Source: Trueperaceae bacterium | GTDB taxonomy: Bacteria > Deinococcota > Deinococci > Deinococcales > Trueperaceae | Length of the DNA: 64,000 nucleotides | Direction of reading: 5' to 3' | Assembly: GCA_965213925.1 (NCBI GenBank) | Contig: OZ243927.1 | Location: forward strand, 1,280,001-1,344,000 | In this document: in pieces, positions 39,799 to 49,915 of the stretch | Numbering within the stretch: position 1 is the first letter of the stretch | Layout: each line of letters starts with the position of its first letter | Position numbers and translations under genes: made by a program | Notes under the pieces: generated by a model | Told to the model about the DNA's origin: nothing | The model's input: only the letters and a program-made list of their open reading frames with translations | Database searches by the model: none

Positions 39799-40425
39799 CT
39801 AAGTTCGCTGCTTCCCTTCAAATGTCTTCCTGAGCCGCTCAGCTAGTGGCGCTTCTAAAGCGCGTTCCAACGCTGCCGGGTCGGGGTCCTTGGCGAAGTA
39901 GAGGGCGTTGGTCTCGAGCAATCCCACCCCATCATCCTTAGGTTTGTGCGTGACCTCTTCACCCGCTCGCACCGTACCTGTTTGGATCACCCGCGTATAA
40001 AATCCAGGGCGCTCCGCTTGCCGAAACCTCTTGACGAAGGAGAGGTCGTTCATCTTGGCGGCGAAGACGCGGCAGGGGAAGCGCGGCGCAGTAACCTCTA
40101 AGATGACTTCTTGGAACTCGAGCCTATCCCCAATCTTGACCTCTTGCGGAAACTCCGAGAGCGTCAGGTTTTCGCCGAATATGCCGGGAGGAAGGTCGCG
40201 CCCCAACTGCTCGGACCACCAAGCGTAGTCTTCCGCGCTGTACACATAAACGGCTTGGTCCACGCCGCCGTGATTCTTCTTATCGGCTTGGTCGTCGCCC
40301 TGAAAGCCTTCACGGGTGAGCGTGACGGGTTCTTGTGCGGGCATTTTGAATATCCCGGTCGAGACCATCTCATCATCGACGGGAATGGGTTTGGGCAACC
40401 CTATATTCACCGCTAAGACTTTCAT
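39799..40425 (-). CDS. MOSC domain protein (YiiM-like)
   Basis: TGIFK, GDDQAD..HGG.DQAVY, FGENLT and PRFPC. Confidence 0.88.
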   Translation of the reverse strand: MKVLAVNIGLPKPIPVDDEMVSTGIFKMPAQEPVTLTREGFQGDDQADKKNHGGVDQAVYVYSAEDYAWWSEQLGRDLPPGIFGENLTLSEFPQEVKIGDRLEFQEVILEVTAPRFPCRVFAAKMNDLSFVKRFRQAERPGFYTRVIQTGTVRAGEEVTHKPKDDGVGLLETNALYFAKDPDPAALERALEAPLAERLRKTFEGKQRT

Positions 40426-41829
40426 TCAAGCCGCCTCACGCAGCGCCTCTTTGAATTCCGTCACGAGCTGCGACACGGTCGCTTTGGCGTCGCCGAAGAG
40501 CATCCTCGCGTTCTCCTTGAAGAAGAGCGGGTTCTCCACCCCCGAAAAGCCCGCGCTCATCGAGCGTTTCAGGATAAAGACGTTGCGCGCTAAGTCCACG
40601 TTGATGATGGGCATCCCGTAGAGCGGGCTGCCCGCATCCTCGCGCGCCGCCGGGTTCACCACGTCGTTCGCGCCGATGACCACCGCCACGTCTACCGTAT
40701 CCATCGTCGGGTTCACGTCTTCGGGCTCGACGAGCTGCTCGTAGGGCACGTTCGCCTCGGCTAAGAGGACGTTCATGTGACCGGGCATCCGCCCCGCGAC
40801 GGGGTGAATGGCGTAGCGGACCTCTGCGCCGTTCGCCTCCAGGAGTTCGGCTAGCTCGCGGACCGCGTGCTGCGCCTGCGCCACCGCCATGCCGTAGCCG
40901 GGGACGAAGAGGATGCTACTGGCGGCCTCGAGCATAAAGTACGCATCGTCCGCCGAGATAGGCTTAGCCTCGCCCTCGACTTGGGCGCTGCTGCTCGAGG
41001 CTGTCGTCGCGTACCCCGCGAAGAGTACATTCGCCAGGGAGCGGTTCATCGCCTTACACATGATGCTCGTGAGGATGATGCCGCTCGCGCCGACGAGCGA
41101 GCCTGCCACGATGAGCACGTTATTCGCGATAATGAAGCCCGCCATACTCGCCGCGATACCGGAGTACGAGTTGAGCAAAGCCACCACGATGGGCATGTCC
41201 GCCCCGCCGATGGGAATGACGAGCAACACGCCCAGCGCGAGCGAGGCGAGGATGGAGAGAACGAGCAAGAAATAGGCGAGCCCCGTACCGGGATTGAGGC
41301 AGAAGAGTATGCCCAGTACGAGGATGAGCCCGAAAAGCCCGGCGTTGTAGAGGTTTTGATTGGCAAACTTGATCGGCTGACCAGGAATGCGCCCGGCGAG
41401 CTTGCCGAAAGCGACCAGCGAGCCCGTGAAGGCGACGCCGCCGATGAGCACGGCTAAAAAGATAGCGGCAGCGGTAAAGGCGTCGATGGTCACCAGGGGC
41501 TCCGCAAAGCGCTGGTGATACTCCGCCCAGCCGACGAGCAAACTGGCGACGCCGCCCGAGCCGTTAAAGAGCGCCACCATCTCGGGCATCTCGGTCATCT
41601 GCACGGTGCGCGCCGCGTACACGCCTATCGCCGTACCGATAACCAACCCGACAAGAATCCACGTAAAGGAGAGCCCGCCGACGAGCAGCGTGGCGACCAC
41701 CGCCACGAGCATCCCCACCGCCGAGACGAAGTTGCCTTGCCGCGCGGTCTCAGGGCGACCCAACATCTTGAGCCCGTAGATAAAGAGGATGGAGGCGACG
41801 ATGTAGGCGATGTTGATGAAAGAATCCAC
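40426..41829 (-). CDS. pntB: NAD(P) transhydrogenase subunit beta
   Basis: MTEMPEMVA, IGGADMP, PGYGMAVAQAQH, HPVAGRMPGHMNVLLAEA and GANDVVNP. Confidence 0.95.
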   Translation of the reverse strand: MDSFINIAYIVASILFIYGLKMLGRPETARQGNFVSAVGMLVAVVATLLVGGLSFTWILVGLVIGTAIGVYAARTVQMTEMPEMVALFNGSGGVASLLVGWAEYHQRFAEPLVTIDAFTAAAIFLAVLIGGVAFTGSLVAFGKLAGRIPGQPIKFANQNLYNAGLFGLILVLGILFCLNPGTGLAYFLLVLSILASLALGVLLVIPIGGADMPIVVALLNSYSGIAASMAGFIIANNVLIVAGSLVGASGIILTSIMCKAMNRSLANVLFAGYATTASSSSAQVEGEAKPISADDAYFMLEAASSILFVPGYGMAVAQAQHAVRELAELLEANGAEVRYAIHPVAGRMPGHMNVLLAEANVPYEQLVEPEDVNPTMDTVDVAVVIGANDVVNPAAREDAGSPLYGMPIINVDLARNVFILKRSMSAGFSGVENPLFFKENARMLFGDAKATVSQLVTEFKEALREAA

Positions 41830-41830
41830 C

Positions 41831-42118
41831 CTAGCGCCCACCCTTTTTGAACATGCCGAGCATCCGGTCAGTCACTAAATAGCCGCCAACTACGTTGACG
41901 GTCGCAAAAATCACCGCGAGCGTTCCCAAAATCGTGCCGAAGACGCCGCCCGTCCCCGCCGCGATGATCGCGCCGACTATCGTAATGCCCGAAATCGCGT
42001 TCGAGCCCGACATCAGCGGGGTGTGGAGTTGCGAGGGAACTTTGGTGATGAGTTCGCGTCCTAAAAAGATGGACAAGACGAAGATAAATAGGAGTAAAAG
42101 GGTGAGTTCGGCGCTCAT
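41831..42118 (-). CDS. pntA: NAD(P) transhydrogenase subunit alpha, membrane part (alpha-2)
   Basis: LHTPLMSGSNAISG and VTDRMLGMF. Confidence 0.92.
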   Translation of the reverse strand: MSAELTLLLLFIFVLSIFLGRELITKVPSQLHTPLMSGSNAISGITIVGAIIAAGTGGVFGTILGTLAVIFATVNVVGGYLVTDRMLGMFKKGGR

Positions 42119-43383
42119 GATTCCTCCATAAGTTGTTTCTCGTCGGACCTGTCAGGTGACGGGTTAGCTTGAAAAGACTTCTCAGGCGTTTGCGCGGCGG
42201 AGTTTTGTACGGGCTGTGCGCCTACCGCTTGCCCCTCTTTCGCGCCCGGTTCAGCTTTGCCTTCGATCATCTCGCGCACGCCGTCGTTCAAAATTCTGCC
42301 TTCATGCGTGAGGAGGCAGCCTTTAACGATGGGGTCATCCAGGGTCAGCTCGACCTCTTTGGTCTCCTTGTTCCACAGGTGGTCCACGAGGTTGGTGAGG
42401 TTGCTCGAGAACATCTGCGAGGCGTCGCGCGCTACCGAGCCGGGCAGGTTGGACAGCCCGATGATCTTCACACCGTTTACTAGGACCTCTTTATCCGGCT
42501 GCGACCCCTCGACGTTGCCGCCCGTGGACGCCGCTAAGTCCACGATCACGCTGCCGGGGCGCATTCCCTTGACCATATCCGCCGTGACGATGCGCGGCGC
42601 GGGACGTCCGAAAAGTTGCGCAGTGGTGATGACGATGTCCGAGTTGGCGCAGACTCTCGCCATGCCTTGACGCTGTTTCCCCAACTGTTCCTCGGTGAGC
42701 GCCTTGGCGTACCCTTGGTCCGTCTGCCCCGTTTCCCCTAGGTCAATCTTCACGAACTTCGCCCCGAGAGATAACACCTGCTCCTCGACCACCGGGCGCG
42801 TATCAAACGCCTCGACCCGCGCGCCCAGCCGCTTCGCCGTCGCAATCGCTTGCAGCCCTGCCACGCCCACGCCGATGATAAAAACCCGTGCAGGCGGAAT
42901 CGTCCCGGCGGGCGTGCTCATCATCGGGAGCGCCTTTTGGATGCGTTCAGCCGCGACGATCACAGCGGCGTAGCCCGCCAAGCTCGCCTGCGAGGACAGC
43001 GCGTCCATCTTCTGCGCGTAGGTGCTGCGCGGGATGAGTTCCATGCAGAGCGCGCTGATCTCCTTTTCTTTGAGCGTTTTGACCAACTCGGGGTTGCGGA
43101 AGGGGTCCATGAGCGAGGCGAGTTTTGCGCCGCGTTTGAACTTCCTGACCTCTTTGGGTGTGGGTACGTTAAGTTGGAGAATCATGTCGGCGCTCTCTAA
43201 GTTGTAGCGGCTGTCCACCTTCGCGCCCACCGCTTCGTAGGCGCTGTCCTCGACACCGATGCTCTCGCCCAAGCCTTTCTCGACGGCGATAGCCACGCCT
43301 AGCTTGACGAGCTTTTCGGCGCTTGCGGGCGTTAGGGGGATACGGGGCTCGCCTTCGGGCTCTTTAAGTACCGCGACGCGCAT
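42115..43383 (-). CDS. pntA: NAD(P) transhydrogenase subunit alpha, NAD(H)-binding part (alpha-1)
   Basis: AQKMDALSSQASLAGY, IGVGVAGLQAIATAKRLGA and VDLAASTGGN. Confidence 0.93.
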   Translation of the reverse strand: MRVAVLKEPEGEPRIPLTPASAEKLVKLGVAIAVEKGLGESIGVEDSAYEAVGAKVDSRYNLESADMILQLNVPTPKEVRKFKRGAKLASLMDPFRNPELVKTLKEKEISALCMELIPRSTYAQKMDALSSQASLAGYAAVIVAAERIQKALPMMSTPAGTIPPARVFIIGVGVAGLQAIATAKRLGARVEAFDTRPVVEEQVLSLGAKFVKIDLGETGQTDQGYAKALTEEQLGKQRQGMARVCANSDIVITTAQLFGRPAPRIVTADMVKGMRPGSVIVDLAASTGGNVEGSQPDKEVLVNGVKIIGLSNLPGSVARDASQMFSSNLTNLVDHLWNKETKEVELTLDDPIVKGCLLTHEGRILNDGVREMIEGKAEPGAKEGQAVGAQPVQNSAAQTPEKSFQANPSPDRSDEKQLMEES

Positions 43384-43689
43384 CAGCGGCTGCCTCGAGG
43401 CTGAACGTGACTTCGGGTCGGGGGGACTCGAGAGAAGTTTTTCATATGGGCTTAGTATACTCAGTTCGAAGGCTCGCACCTGCTGATTTCTCGGTTTATT
43501 GGGTAGCACTGGAACATCAGAAAGCTTCTCAGCTCGTTAGGCTATCAGCATTTCAGGTTTCCCTGTCACGCAGTTTTCGGAACGAAACAAGCTGACAAGC
43601 TGAAAGGCTGACGTGCTGCTTCGTAGAAGCCCTAACCGTAAGCGACCTCATGACACCGCCCCCACACGCTAGCGTTATACTCCTTACTC

Positions 43690-44658
43690 ATGGAGCACTT
43701 AGCAGTTTTGACCAGCGGCGGCGACGCACCCGGCATGAACGCGGCGATTCGCGCCGTGGTGCGCACCGCCATCTACGAGAAAAAGCACATCTCGGGTATC
43801 TATAGGGGCTATCAGGGCCTGATTGATAATAAGATCGAAGAACTCGGTCCGCGCAGCGTCGCGAACATTATTCAGCGCGGCGGCACCTTGCTGCGGAGTG
43901 CCCGGTGTATGCCCTTTATGACGCACGAGGGACGCGAGCAGGCTGCCGAGAACCTGCGCTCACATGGGATCGAGGGGCTCATCGTCATCGGCGGCGACGG
44001 CTCGTTTCGCGGGGCGCACGCGCTCTTTGAAGAACATGGGGTTCCGGTCATCGGCATCCCCGGCACAATTGATAACGACATCTACGGGACGGATGTGACG
44101 GTTGGTTTCAATACTGCCATGAACATCGCGCTGGACGCGATTGACAGGTTGCGCGATACGGCGGCGAGTCACGACCGGCTCTTTCTGGTCGAGGTGATGG
44201 GGCGGCACGCGGGGCACATCGCCTTGAACGTCGGGCTTGCTGGTGGAGCCGAAGCGATTTTAGTCCCCGAAGTCGAAGGGGACGTGGACAGAATCGTCGC
44301 GGACATCGCCGCTGCCCAAGCAAGAGGTAAATCCTCCTCGATTATCGTCGTGGCAGAGGGCGCGTATCCGGGCGGCGCGATGGACCTCAAAGGGCGCATC
44401 GAGGCGGCGTGCGGTTACGAGGTCAGAACGAGCATCCTGGGTCACGTGCAGCGCGGCGGCTCACCCGCGACCCGCGACCGCGTGCTGGCGTCTCGTCTAG
44501 GCTACGCAGCGGTGAAAGGACTCTTGGAGGGACAGACGGATGTGATGGTCGGAACGGACAAGCGCGGCACGGTCTACATTCCCTTAAAAGACACCTGGGA
44601 GAAGCAAAAAGAGATCGACTGGCAGCTTTACGAGATCGCGCGTGTTCTAGCCGTCTGA
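43690..44658 (+). CDS. pfkA: ATP-dependent 6-phosphofructokinase
   Basis: LTSGGDAPGMNAA, GGDGS, TIDNDI, EVMGR and LGHVQRGG. Confidence 0.96.
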   Translation: MEHLAVLTSGGDAPGMNAAIRAVVRTAIYEKKHISGIYRGYQGLIDNKIEELGPRSVANIIQRGGTLLRSARCMPFMTHEGREQAAENLRSHGIEGLIVIGGDGSFRGAHALFEEHGVPVIGIPGTIDNDIYGTDVTVGFNTAMNIALDAIDRLRDTAASHDRLFLVEVMGRHAGHIALNVGLAGGAEAILVPEVEGDVDRIVADIAAAQARGKSSSIIVVAEGAYPGGAMDLKGRIEAACGYEVRTSILGHVQRGGSPATRDRVLASRLGYAAVKGLLEGQTDVMVGTDKRGTVYIPLKDTWEKQKEIDWQLYEIARVLAV

Positions 44659-44663
44659 TGCGG

Positions 44664-44703
44664 ATTCCGACTGATTCGCGCACGAAAGCGAATCAGTCGG
44701 AAT
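44664..44703. terminator. 16-bp-stem hairpin between convergent pfkA and fbaB
   Basis: ATTCCGACTGATTCGC-GCACGAAA-GCGAATCAGTCGGAAT. Confidence 0.7.
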
Positions 44704-44714
44704 GGGTATTAGAA

Positions 44715-45656
44715 CTAGCTCGAGAAGACCTCTTCCCCTTTGCCCTGATAGATATCCATCACATTCCCTAAAAAGCGCACCGCGTCGTCTTTGGGGCGCT
44801 GGAACGAGTTGCGCCCGATGATCGAGCCGTTACCGCCGCCCTGGTAGATGCCGCGGATGTCCTCTAAGAAACTCTCCTCGCTCGCCTTGGAGCCGCCTGA
44901 GAAGACGACGATGCGCCTGCCGTTAAAGGTGCTCTTCATCACGTAGCGCACGCGCTCGGCGACAGAACTTTTGGCGATGCTATGCTCCTCGAACTTGTCC
45001 TTATCTTTGTCTAGCTCCAGGTGCTCGGTCGGCAGTTTTACCTTGACGATGTTCGCGCCTAACTGTGCCGCGATCTGCGCGGCGTACGCCACCACGTCAA
45101 CCGCCGTTTCGCCCTCTTTGGAAAGCGACGAGCCTCGAGGATAGGACCAAATCACAACGGCTAACCCGTGCCGCTTGGCGTCTTGCCCGATGGCGCGAAT
45201 CTCTTCGTACATCGACTTGAAGTGCGCCGAGCCTGGATAGATGGTGTAGCCGACGGCTGTGCAGCCGAGCCGCAGGGCATCCTCTACCGACGCTGTCACG
45301 GACGGAATAGGGTCGTCGCCGTCTGCAGCCATCGAATCGTGGTTGTTGAGCTTGAGGATGAGGGGCACGTCGCCTACGAATTCCGCCGCCGCCGCCTCGA
45401 GCGAGCCTAGCGGCGCGGCGTAAGCGTTGCAGCCCGCGTCAACCGCGAGTTGATAGTGGTAGCTGGGGTCGTAACCTTCGGGGTTGTCTGCGAAGGAGCG
45501 CGTCGGACCGTGTTCGAAGCCCTGATCCACGGGTAAAATCACCATCTTGCCCGTGCCCCCGAGCGTTCCGTGGTTGAGCATCCGCGCTAAATTGGTGAGC
45601 ACACCGGGGTTCTCACCCGCGTAGTTGTCCAAAATTTTTTTAACTTCTCGCTTCAT
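44715..45656 (-). CDS. fbaB: Class I fructose-bisphosphate aldolase (DhnA/FbaB type)
   Basis: ILPVDQGFEHGP, WSYPRG, LGANIVKVK and GSIIGRNSFQR. Confidence 0.92.
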   Translation of the reverse strand: MKREVKKILDNYAGENPGVLTNLARMLNHGTLGGTGKMVILPVDQGFEHGPTRSFADNPEGYDPSYHYQLAVDAGCNAYAAPLGSLEAAAAEFVGDVPLILKLNNHDSMAADGDDPIPSVTASVEDALRLGCTAVGYTIYPGSAHFKSMYEEIRAIGQDAKRHGLAVVIWSYPRGSSLSKEGETAVDVVAYAAQIAAQLGANIVKVKLPTEHLELDKDKDKFEEHSIAKSSVAERVRYVMKSTFNGRRIVVFSGGSKASEESFLEDIRGIYQGGGNGSIIGRNSFQRPKDDAVRFLGNVMDIYQGKGEEVFSS

Positions 45657-45697
45657 ACTTTATTAGCCTCCCAAAATTGATAATAAAACTGCACTGT

Positions 45698-46693
45698 CTA
45701 AGCGGTCTGTTTCTGGCTGAGTTCTCGGTACAACTCGACCTCACGTTTGCTGCCGATGATTAGAGGAACGCGCTGGTGAATCTCTTCAGGGTCGATGTCC
45801 AGGATACGCTCTTTACCGCTTGTCGCCGCGCCGCCCGCTTCTTCCGCGATCAAGGCTAAAGGAGCGCACTCATAAAGAAGGCGCAGCTTGCCGTCGGGCT
45901 TCTCCTCGTCTTCGGGGTAGTAGTAGACGCCGCCTTCGAACAAAATGCGGTGCAAGTCCGCTAAGAGCGCGCCCGAATAGCGCAGAGAATAAGGACCGTT
46001 GTCTAGCGCCATAAAGTGATCAGAAAACTTTTTGGCGGGCTCGTTCCAGTAGTTGTAGCGGCCTACGTTCGCACTAAAGGTGTCGCCCTGCTCGGGCATC
46101 TTGATGTCAGGCTCGATGAGCACGAACTCGCCGATCTGGTGGTCTAAAACGAAGGAGTGAACCCCGTCTTTCGCGGTGTAGACGAGCGTCGTGGAGGGAC
46201 CGTACATGATGTAGCCCGCCGCGACCTGCTCGCTGCCGCGCTGCTTTAGAGATTCTTCCAAGGACCCTTCGATGTCGTGAACCGAAAAGATTGAGCCGAT
46301 GATACCGTTCGTGTCCACGTTCGAGGAGCCGTCCACGGGGTCTACCATGATGGCGTAGCCGCCCCTAAGGTCATGCTCCCGAAATGCCCGCGCTTCGCTC
46401 ATCTCTTCAGAGACGAGCATCCCGACGATGTCCACGTACTCGAACGCCTCGACGAAGACGCGGTTGCCGAGTTCGTCCAACTGCTTGACCTTCTCGCCCT
46501 GCACGTTCTCCTCGCCCGTCGTGCCCAAAAGCCCGTCGAGTGCAGCGCGACTCATATAGTTCGAGATGATCTTGGCGACCGTGCCGATTTGCCCCATGAA
46601 GCGTGTGAAACTGCCCGACGCTTCGGGGTATTTACGCTGCTGCTCGACGAGAAAACGGTCGAGCGTGATGTACTTACTCTGCGGCGCGTCCAT
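45698..46693 (-). CDS. fbp: Class 1 fructose-1,6-bisphosphatase
   Basis: NVQGE.VKQLD, VSEE, DPVDGSSN, RYSG and GKLRLLYECAP. Confidence 0.94.
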   Translation of the reverse strand: MDAPQSKYITLDRFLVEQQRKYPEASGSFTRFMGQIGTVAKIISNYMSRAALDGLLGTTGEENVQGEKVKQLDELGNRVFVEAFEYVDIVGMLVSEEMSEARAFREHDLRGGYAIMVDPVDGSSNVDTNGIIGSIFSVHDIEGSLEESLKQRGSEQVAAGYIMYGPSTTLVYTAKDGVHSFVLDHQIGEFVLIEPDIKMPEQGDTFSANVGRYNYWNEPAKKFSDHFMALDNGPYSLRYSGALLADLHRILFEGGVYYYPEDEEKPDGKLRLLYECAPLALIAEEAGGAATSGKERILDIDPEEIHQRVPLIIGSKREVELYRELSQKQTA

Positions 46694-46917
46694 AATCCTC
46701 CCTTTTCTAGTAGGTATCATCTGACGGAGAATGCCCTCGCCAACAGAACGCTAACGAGTACGCTCTAGGATGATCCCTTTAACACTAAGATTTCATAAGC
46801 GTGCTTTAAGCTCAGTGATAACGCTATATTCAGAGCCTTGGTTCTTGACTTTAGCGAGTGCGCGTCCTGAATAATGTATTGACTAATGCTTTTAGCGCCG
46901 CCGAGATGAAGCTCCGC

Positions 46918-47937
46918 CTATAAGCTATAGCGGTAGAGGGTGTAACTTTGCCTCCGCTCCGCCCCCAACCCTTCTAAAATCTCGCCCGTCTTACGCGGAA
47001 GTTCGAGACTCAACGTTTCCCAGCCCTGCTCACGCGCCGTTAAGAGAGCGCGCGACAGGAGGTGACGGGCGACCCCGCGACCTCTAAACTCGCCCAAAAC
47101 GCCGAGGAAGAGGAGGCGTCCGCTCAGAACCTCTTGTTTTCGAAAGCGCAGCAGACCTCTTCTCTCAGGCGTGTCAGGTTGCGTGAGAACGAAGCCCGCA
47201 GGTTGACCCTCGACTTCAGCGAGCCAAGCGTGGAGCGGAGAGGCGCTCAGCCATTTCAACATCCTTTCAGCTTCCTCCTCGTCAGGAGGTGAAAACGTTG
47301 GATTCGCGGCGCAAGCGCTCTGCAAGAGAGGCAGCAAGTCTCCAGCTAACCTCTTGGGTTCGAAAGAGGACAGCGTCGCGGGCGAGTCACCTTCTATTTG
47401 AACGTCCGCGGCGAGGTGATAAAGCTGCAACGCCTCAACAGGTTTCATCAGGCTTTGGCAAAGTTCGTCTAGGTAGGGCGGGTTATAGGGCGTGTATAAG
47501 GGCGACGTGAGGTGCCAGTGGCTCGTCAGCACGCCGCTTCCTAGGTGCGGAAAGAGGTGCGCCGGTCCGATAAGGGTGCGAATTCCGTGCGGGCGCAGGT
47601 GTTCGGTCAAGGACTCGAGCAACACCCCGAGCGTGTCCCTATCGTTGACGGTATGCAGAAAACTCAAATACCCTACGTCTCGCCTGAGCGGGTCGGGGCG
47701 GACCATGGCGGCGGCGACGGCGGATTCGAAGCTCGAGCCTCTGAGCGTCGGGTTTTGGGGCAGCGCGTCCACGTAGATGAGGTGCGTTTCTCGGTCGCGC
47801 AGTTCGCGGCGCAAGCTCGCTCTATGCGGCGGAACCCAGCGCGGGTCGCGGTTGGCGATACGCCGCCACTTGCCGATGAATTCGCGGCGCTGCCAGCGAG
47901 ATTCAGCCTTGTAGACGCGGTGGTTGAAGAGGTTCAG
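46918..47937 (-). CDS. GNAT-fold acetyltransferase (YghO-like); start uncertain
   Basis: DPRWVPP, TPYNPPY and LGVLGEFRGRGVA. Confidence 0.65.
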   Translation of the reverse strand: MNLFNHRVYKAESRWQRREFIGKWRRIANRDPRWVPPHRASLRRELRDRETHLIYVDALPQNPTLRGSSFESAVAAAMVRPDPLRRDVGYLSFLHTVNDRDTLGVLLESLTEHLRPHGIRTLIGPAHLFPHLGSGVLTSHWHLTSPLYTPYNPPYLDELCQSLMKPVEALQLYHLAADVQIEGDSPATLSSFEPKRLAGDLLPLLQSACAANPTFSPPDEEEAERMLKWLSASPLHAWLAEVEGQPAGFVLTQPDTPERRGLLRFRKQEVLSGRLLFLGVLGEFRGRGVARHLLSRALLTAREQGWETLSLELPRKTGEILEGLGAERRQSYTLYRYSL

Positions 47938-47938
47938 C

Positions 47939-48541
47939 TTAGGCTCGATCCCACTCGTATTCCATGCGCCGCGCTGTCCACTGCGCAACCGCTTGCCCAT
48001 GCAACTGCTCGACGACGTGCAGCGACATATCGATCCCCGCCGAAATCCCCGCCGAGGTGACGATGCGCCCTTCATCCACATAACGAACTTCTTCTAACAT
48101 TTCCACCTGTGGATACGTCTCGCGCATAAAGTCGATGCTGCCCCAATGTGTCGTCGCTTTCTTGCCGTCTAAAAGACCTCTTTCAGCCAACAAAAACGCA
48201 CCTGTGCAGACGCTTAGGGTGAGTTCGGTCTGTTTATCTTGCGCCTCGACCCAATCTAAAAGCTTTTGATTATGCCGCTCGCGCCGCGTCCCCTGTCCGC
48301 CCGGAACGACGATGAGGTCAAAAGCTGGCGCGTTGTCTACCTTGTAGTGAGGCTTTACGAGCAACCCGCCGCGACACCTGACGGTTTTATCCTCTTCCGC
48401 CACGGTAAAGACCTGAAAGAGACGCGCTTCGTCGTCCTTAACGCCCTCGGGTCTCGCTACAGAAAAGACCTCGAAAGGTCCGCAGAAGTCCAACACTTCC
48501 ACCTCGCTAAAGATGAGGATGCCTACCGTACGTGGGATCAT
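47939..48541 (-). CDS. DJ-1/PfpI family protein
   Basis: EVLDFCGPFEVF, SVCTGAFLLA, ATTHW and TSAGISAGID. Confidence 0.9.
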   Translation of the reverse strand: MIPRTVGILIFSEVEVLDFCGPFEVFSVARPEGVKDDEARLFQVFTVAEEDKTVRCRGGLLVKPHYKVDNAPAFDLIVVPGGQGTRRERHNQKLLDWVEAQDKQTELTLSVCTGAFLLAERGLLDGKKATTHWGSIDFMRETYPQVEMLEEVRYVDEGRIVTSAGISAGIDMSLHVVEQLHGQAVAQWTARRMEYEWDRA

Positions 48542-48677
48542 AAGAGCATTATAGCGTCGTAACCAAACACGCGGCTATCTCACGGACTCAATGCGAAAGG
48601 CGGATATGAAAGATTTTATGAGGGGCTCTACGCTTACTCGATAAGGTGGTGTATAGCGTACAAGGAGACGCTCAACG

Positions 48678-49190
48678 ATGTTTTACGTTCTGAACAAAAT
48701 CGGCCACCTCTTACTCGCATGTCTGCTACTCAACGCAGCCTTTATCGCCACTGCTCAGTCAGATAGAACACAACGCCCCGCGCAACAACCCGAAAACTGG
48801 GGCGCAGTAGCGCTCGGTCTAACCTCTTTGGACGCGCAAGTGGGCTGGTACGACCTGGGCGGCTCTCCAGCGGATGTGCGCGTGATGGCGAGCTATCTCT
48901 TGCAGCGCGATTACATGCTGAGCGCCGATGTTCTTTGGATGACTAATAAACGTTCAGGCTTCTATGCTGGCGGCGGCTTCGGTGCGATTACTTCCTCGAG
49001 GTCTATTCTCCTCGGAACGCATTTCAATATAGGCGGCGACATCCCCATCAATCAGGACAGCGGTATTGTGATCGACTCGAGCCTCGGCTTCTATCCCGTC
49101 CTGTTGCTAGACAATATGGACCCAGAAGAGCCGGGCATGTTCGTTCCGGTATTCTTCCGCTTAGGCGTAGGCTACAGGTGGACGTTCTAA
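48678..49190 (+). CDS. Exported protein, probable small outer-membrane beta-barrel
   Basis: Signal peptide, alternating beta-strands (FYAGGGFG) and C-terminal RLGVGYRWTF. Confidence 0.65.
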   Translation: MFYVLNKIGHLLLACLLLNAAFIATAQSDRTQRPAQQPENWGAVALGLTSLDAQVGWYDLGGSPADVRVMASYLLQRDYMLSADVLWMTNKRSGFYAGGGFGAITSSRSILLGTHFNIGGDIPINQDSGIVIDSSLGFYPVLLLDNMDPEEPGMFVPVFFRLGVGYRWTF

Positions 49191-49244
49191 GAAAGTGTCA
49201 GCCAGGGCGCTGCCCTATCCGTACATAGCCGCGATGCTAGAGGG

Positions 49245-49790
49245 ATGACTCCTCCTTGGCTTTCCCCCTGGCGCACCGCCTTTCATAGAAATAAAGACCG
49301 CTTCGTCCAACTCGCCACCGTCTCGCCGGGCGGTCTGCCCGAGGTGCGCACCGTCGTGCTAAGAGGTTTAGCGGACGACACAGGTCTCCCTTATTTTTTC
49401 AGCGACGCTAGGAGCGCCAAGTACCGCGCTCTGAACGCGGGCTCGCAGATGTCGCTGCATATTTGGTGGGGTGAAACGAGCGAACAGTTCCGGCTGCGCG
49501 GCGAGGTCGAAATCATCCAGAGCGAAAACCATTCTTGGGGACAGCGCCGCCAAGAGCTATGGTGGTCGCAAGGCGAACAGAACCGCCGCCTCTTCTTACG
49601 CCAGCCGCCCGGCACGCCCGCCCAAGAAACACCGACTGATGTAGAAGACCAGACCAAACCCCCTGAGCACTTCGCGCTGATGATTTTGCATCCTAAGTAC
49701 GTGGATTACCTCAAACTTGGCGACCCGCAGGAGCGGTTTATCTGGGGGCTCGAGGGGGGCGAGTGGCAGGGGGGGCAGGTTGTTCCCTAA
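49245..49790 (+). CDS. Pyridoxamine 5'-phosphate oxidase family FMN-binding protein
   Basis: QLATV, RTVVLRG, SDARSAK and EQFRLRG. Confidence 0.82.
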   Translation: MTPPWLSPWRTAFHRNKDRFVQLATVSPGGLPEVRTVVLRGLADDTGLPYFFSDARSAKYRALNAGSQMSLHIWWGETSEQFRLRGEVEIIQSENHSWGQRRQELWWSQGEQNRRLFLRQPPGTPAQETPTDVEDQTKPPEHFALMILHPKYVDYLKLGDPQERFIWGLEGGEWQGGQVVP

Positions 49791-49915
49791 AAAAGTTGAA
49801 AGGACTGAGTGCTGTTACGTAGTTTCTGCGTAGCAGAGGGACTGAGAGAAAAGAACTTTAACCTCAGTCCCTTCGCTTCGCGAAAACTTTCGTAACAGTC
49901 CTTTTCTCTCGCCTT

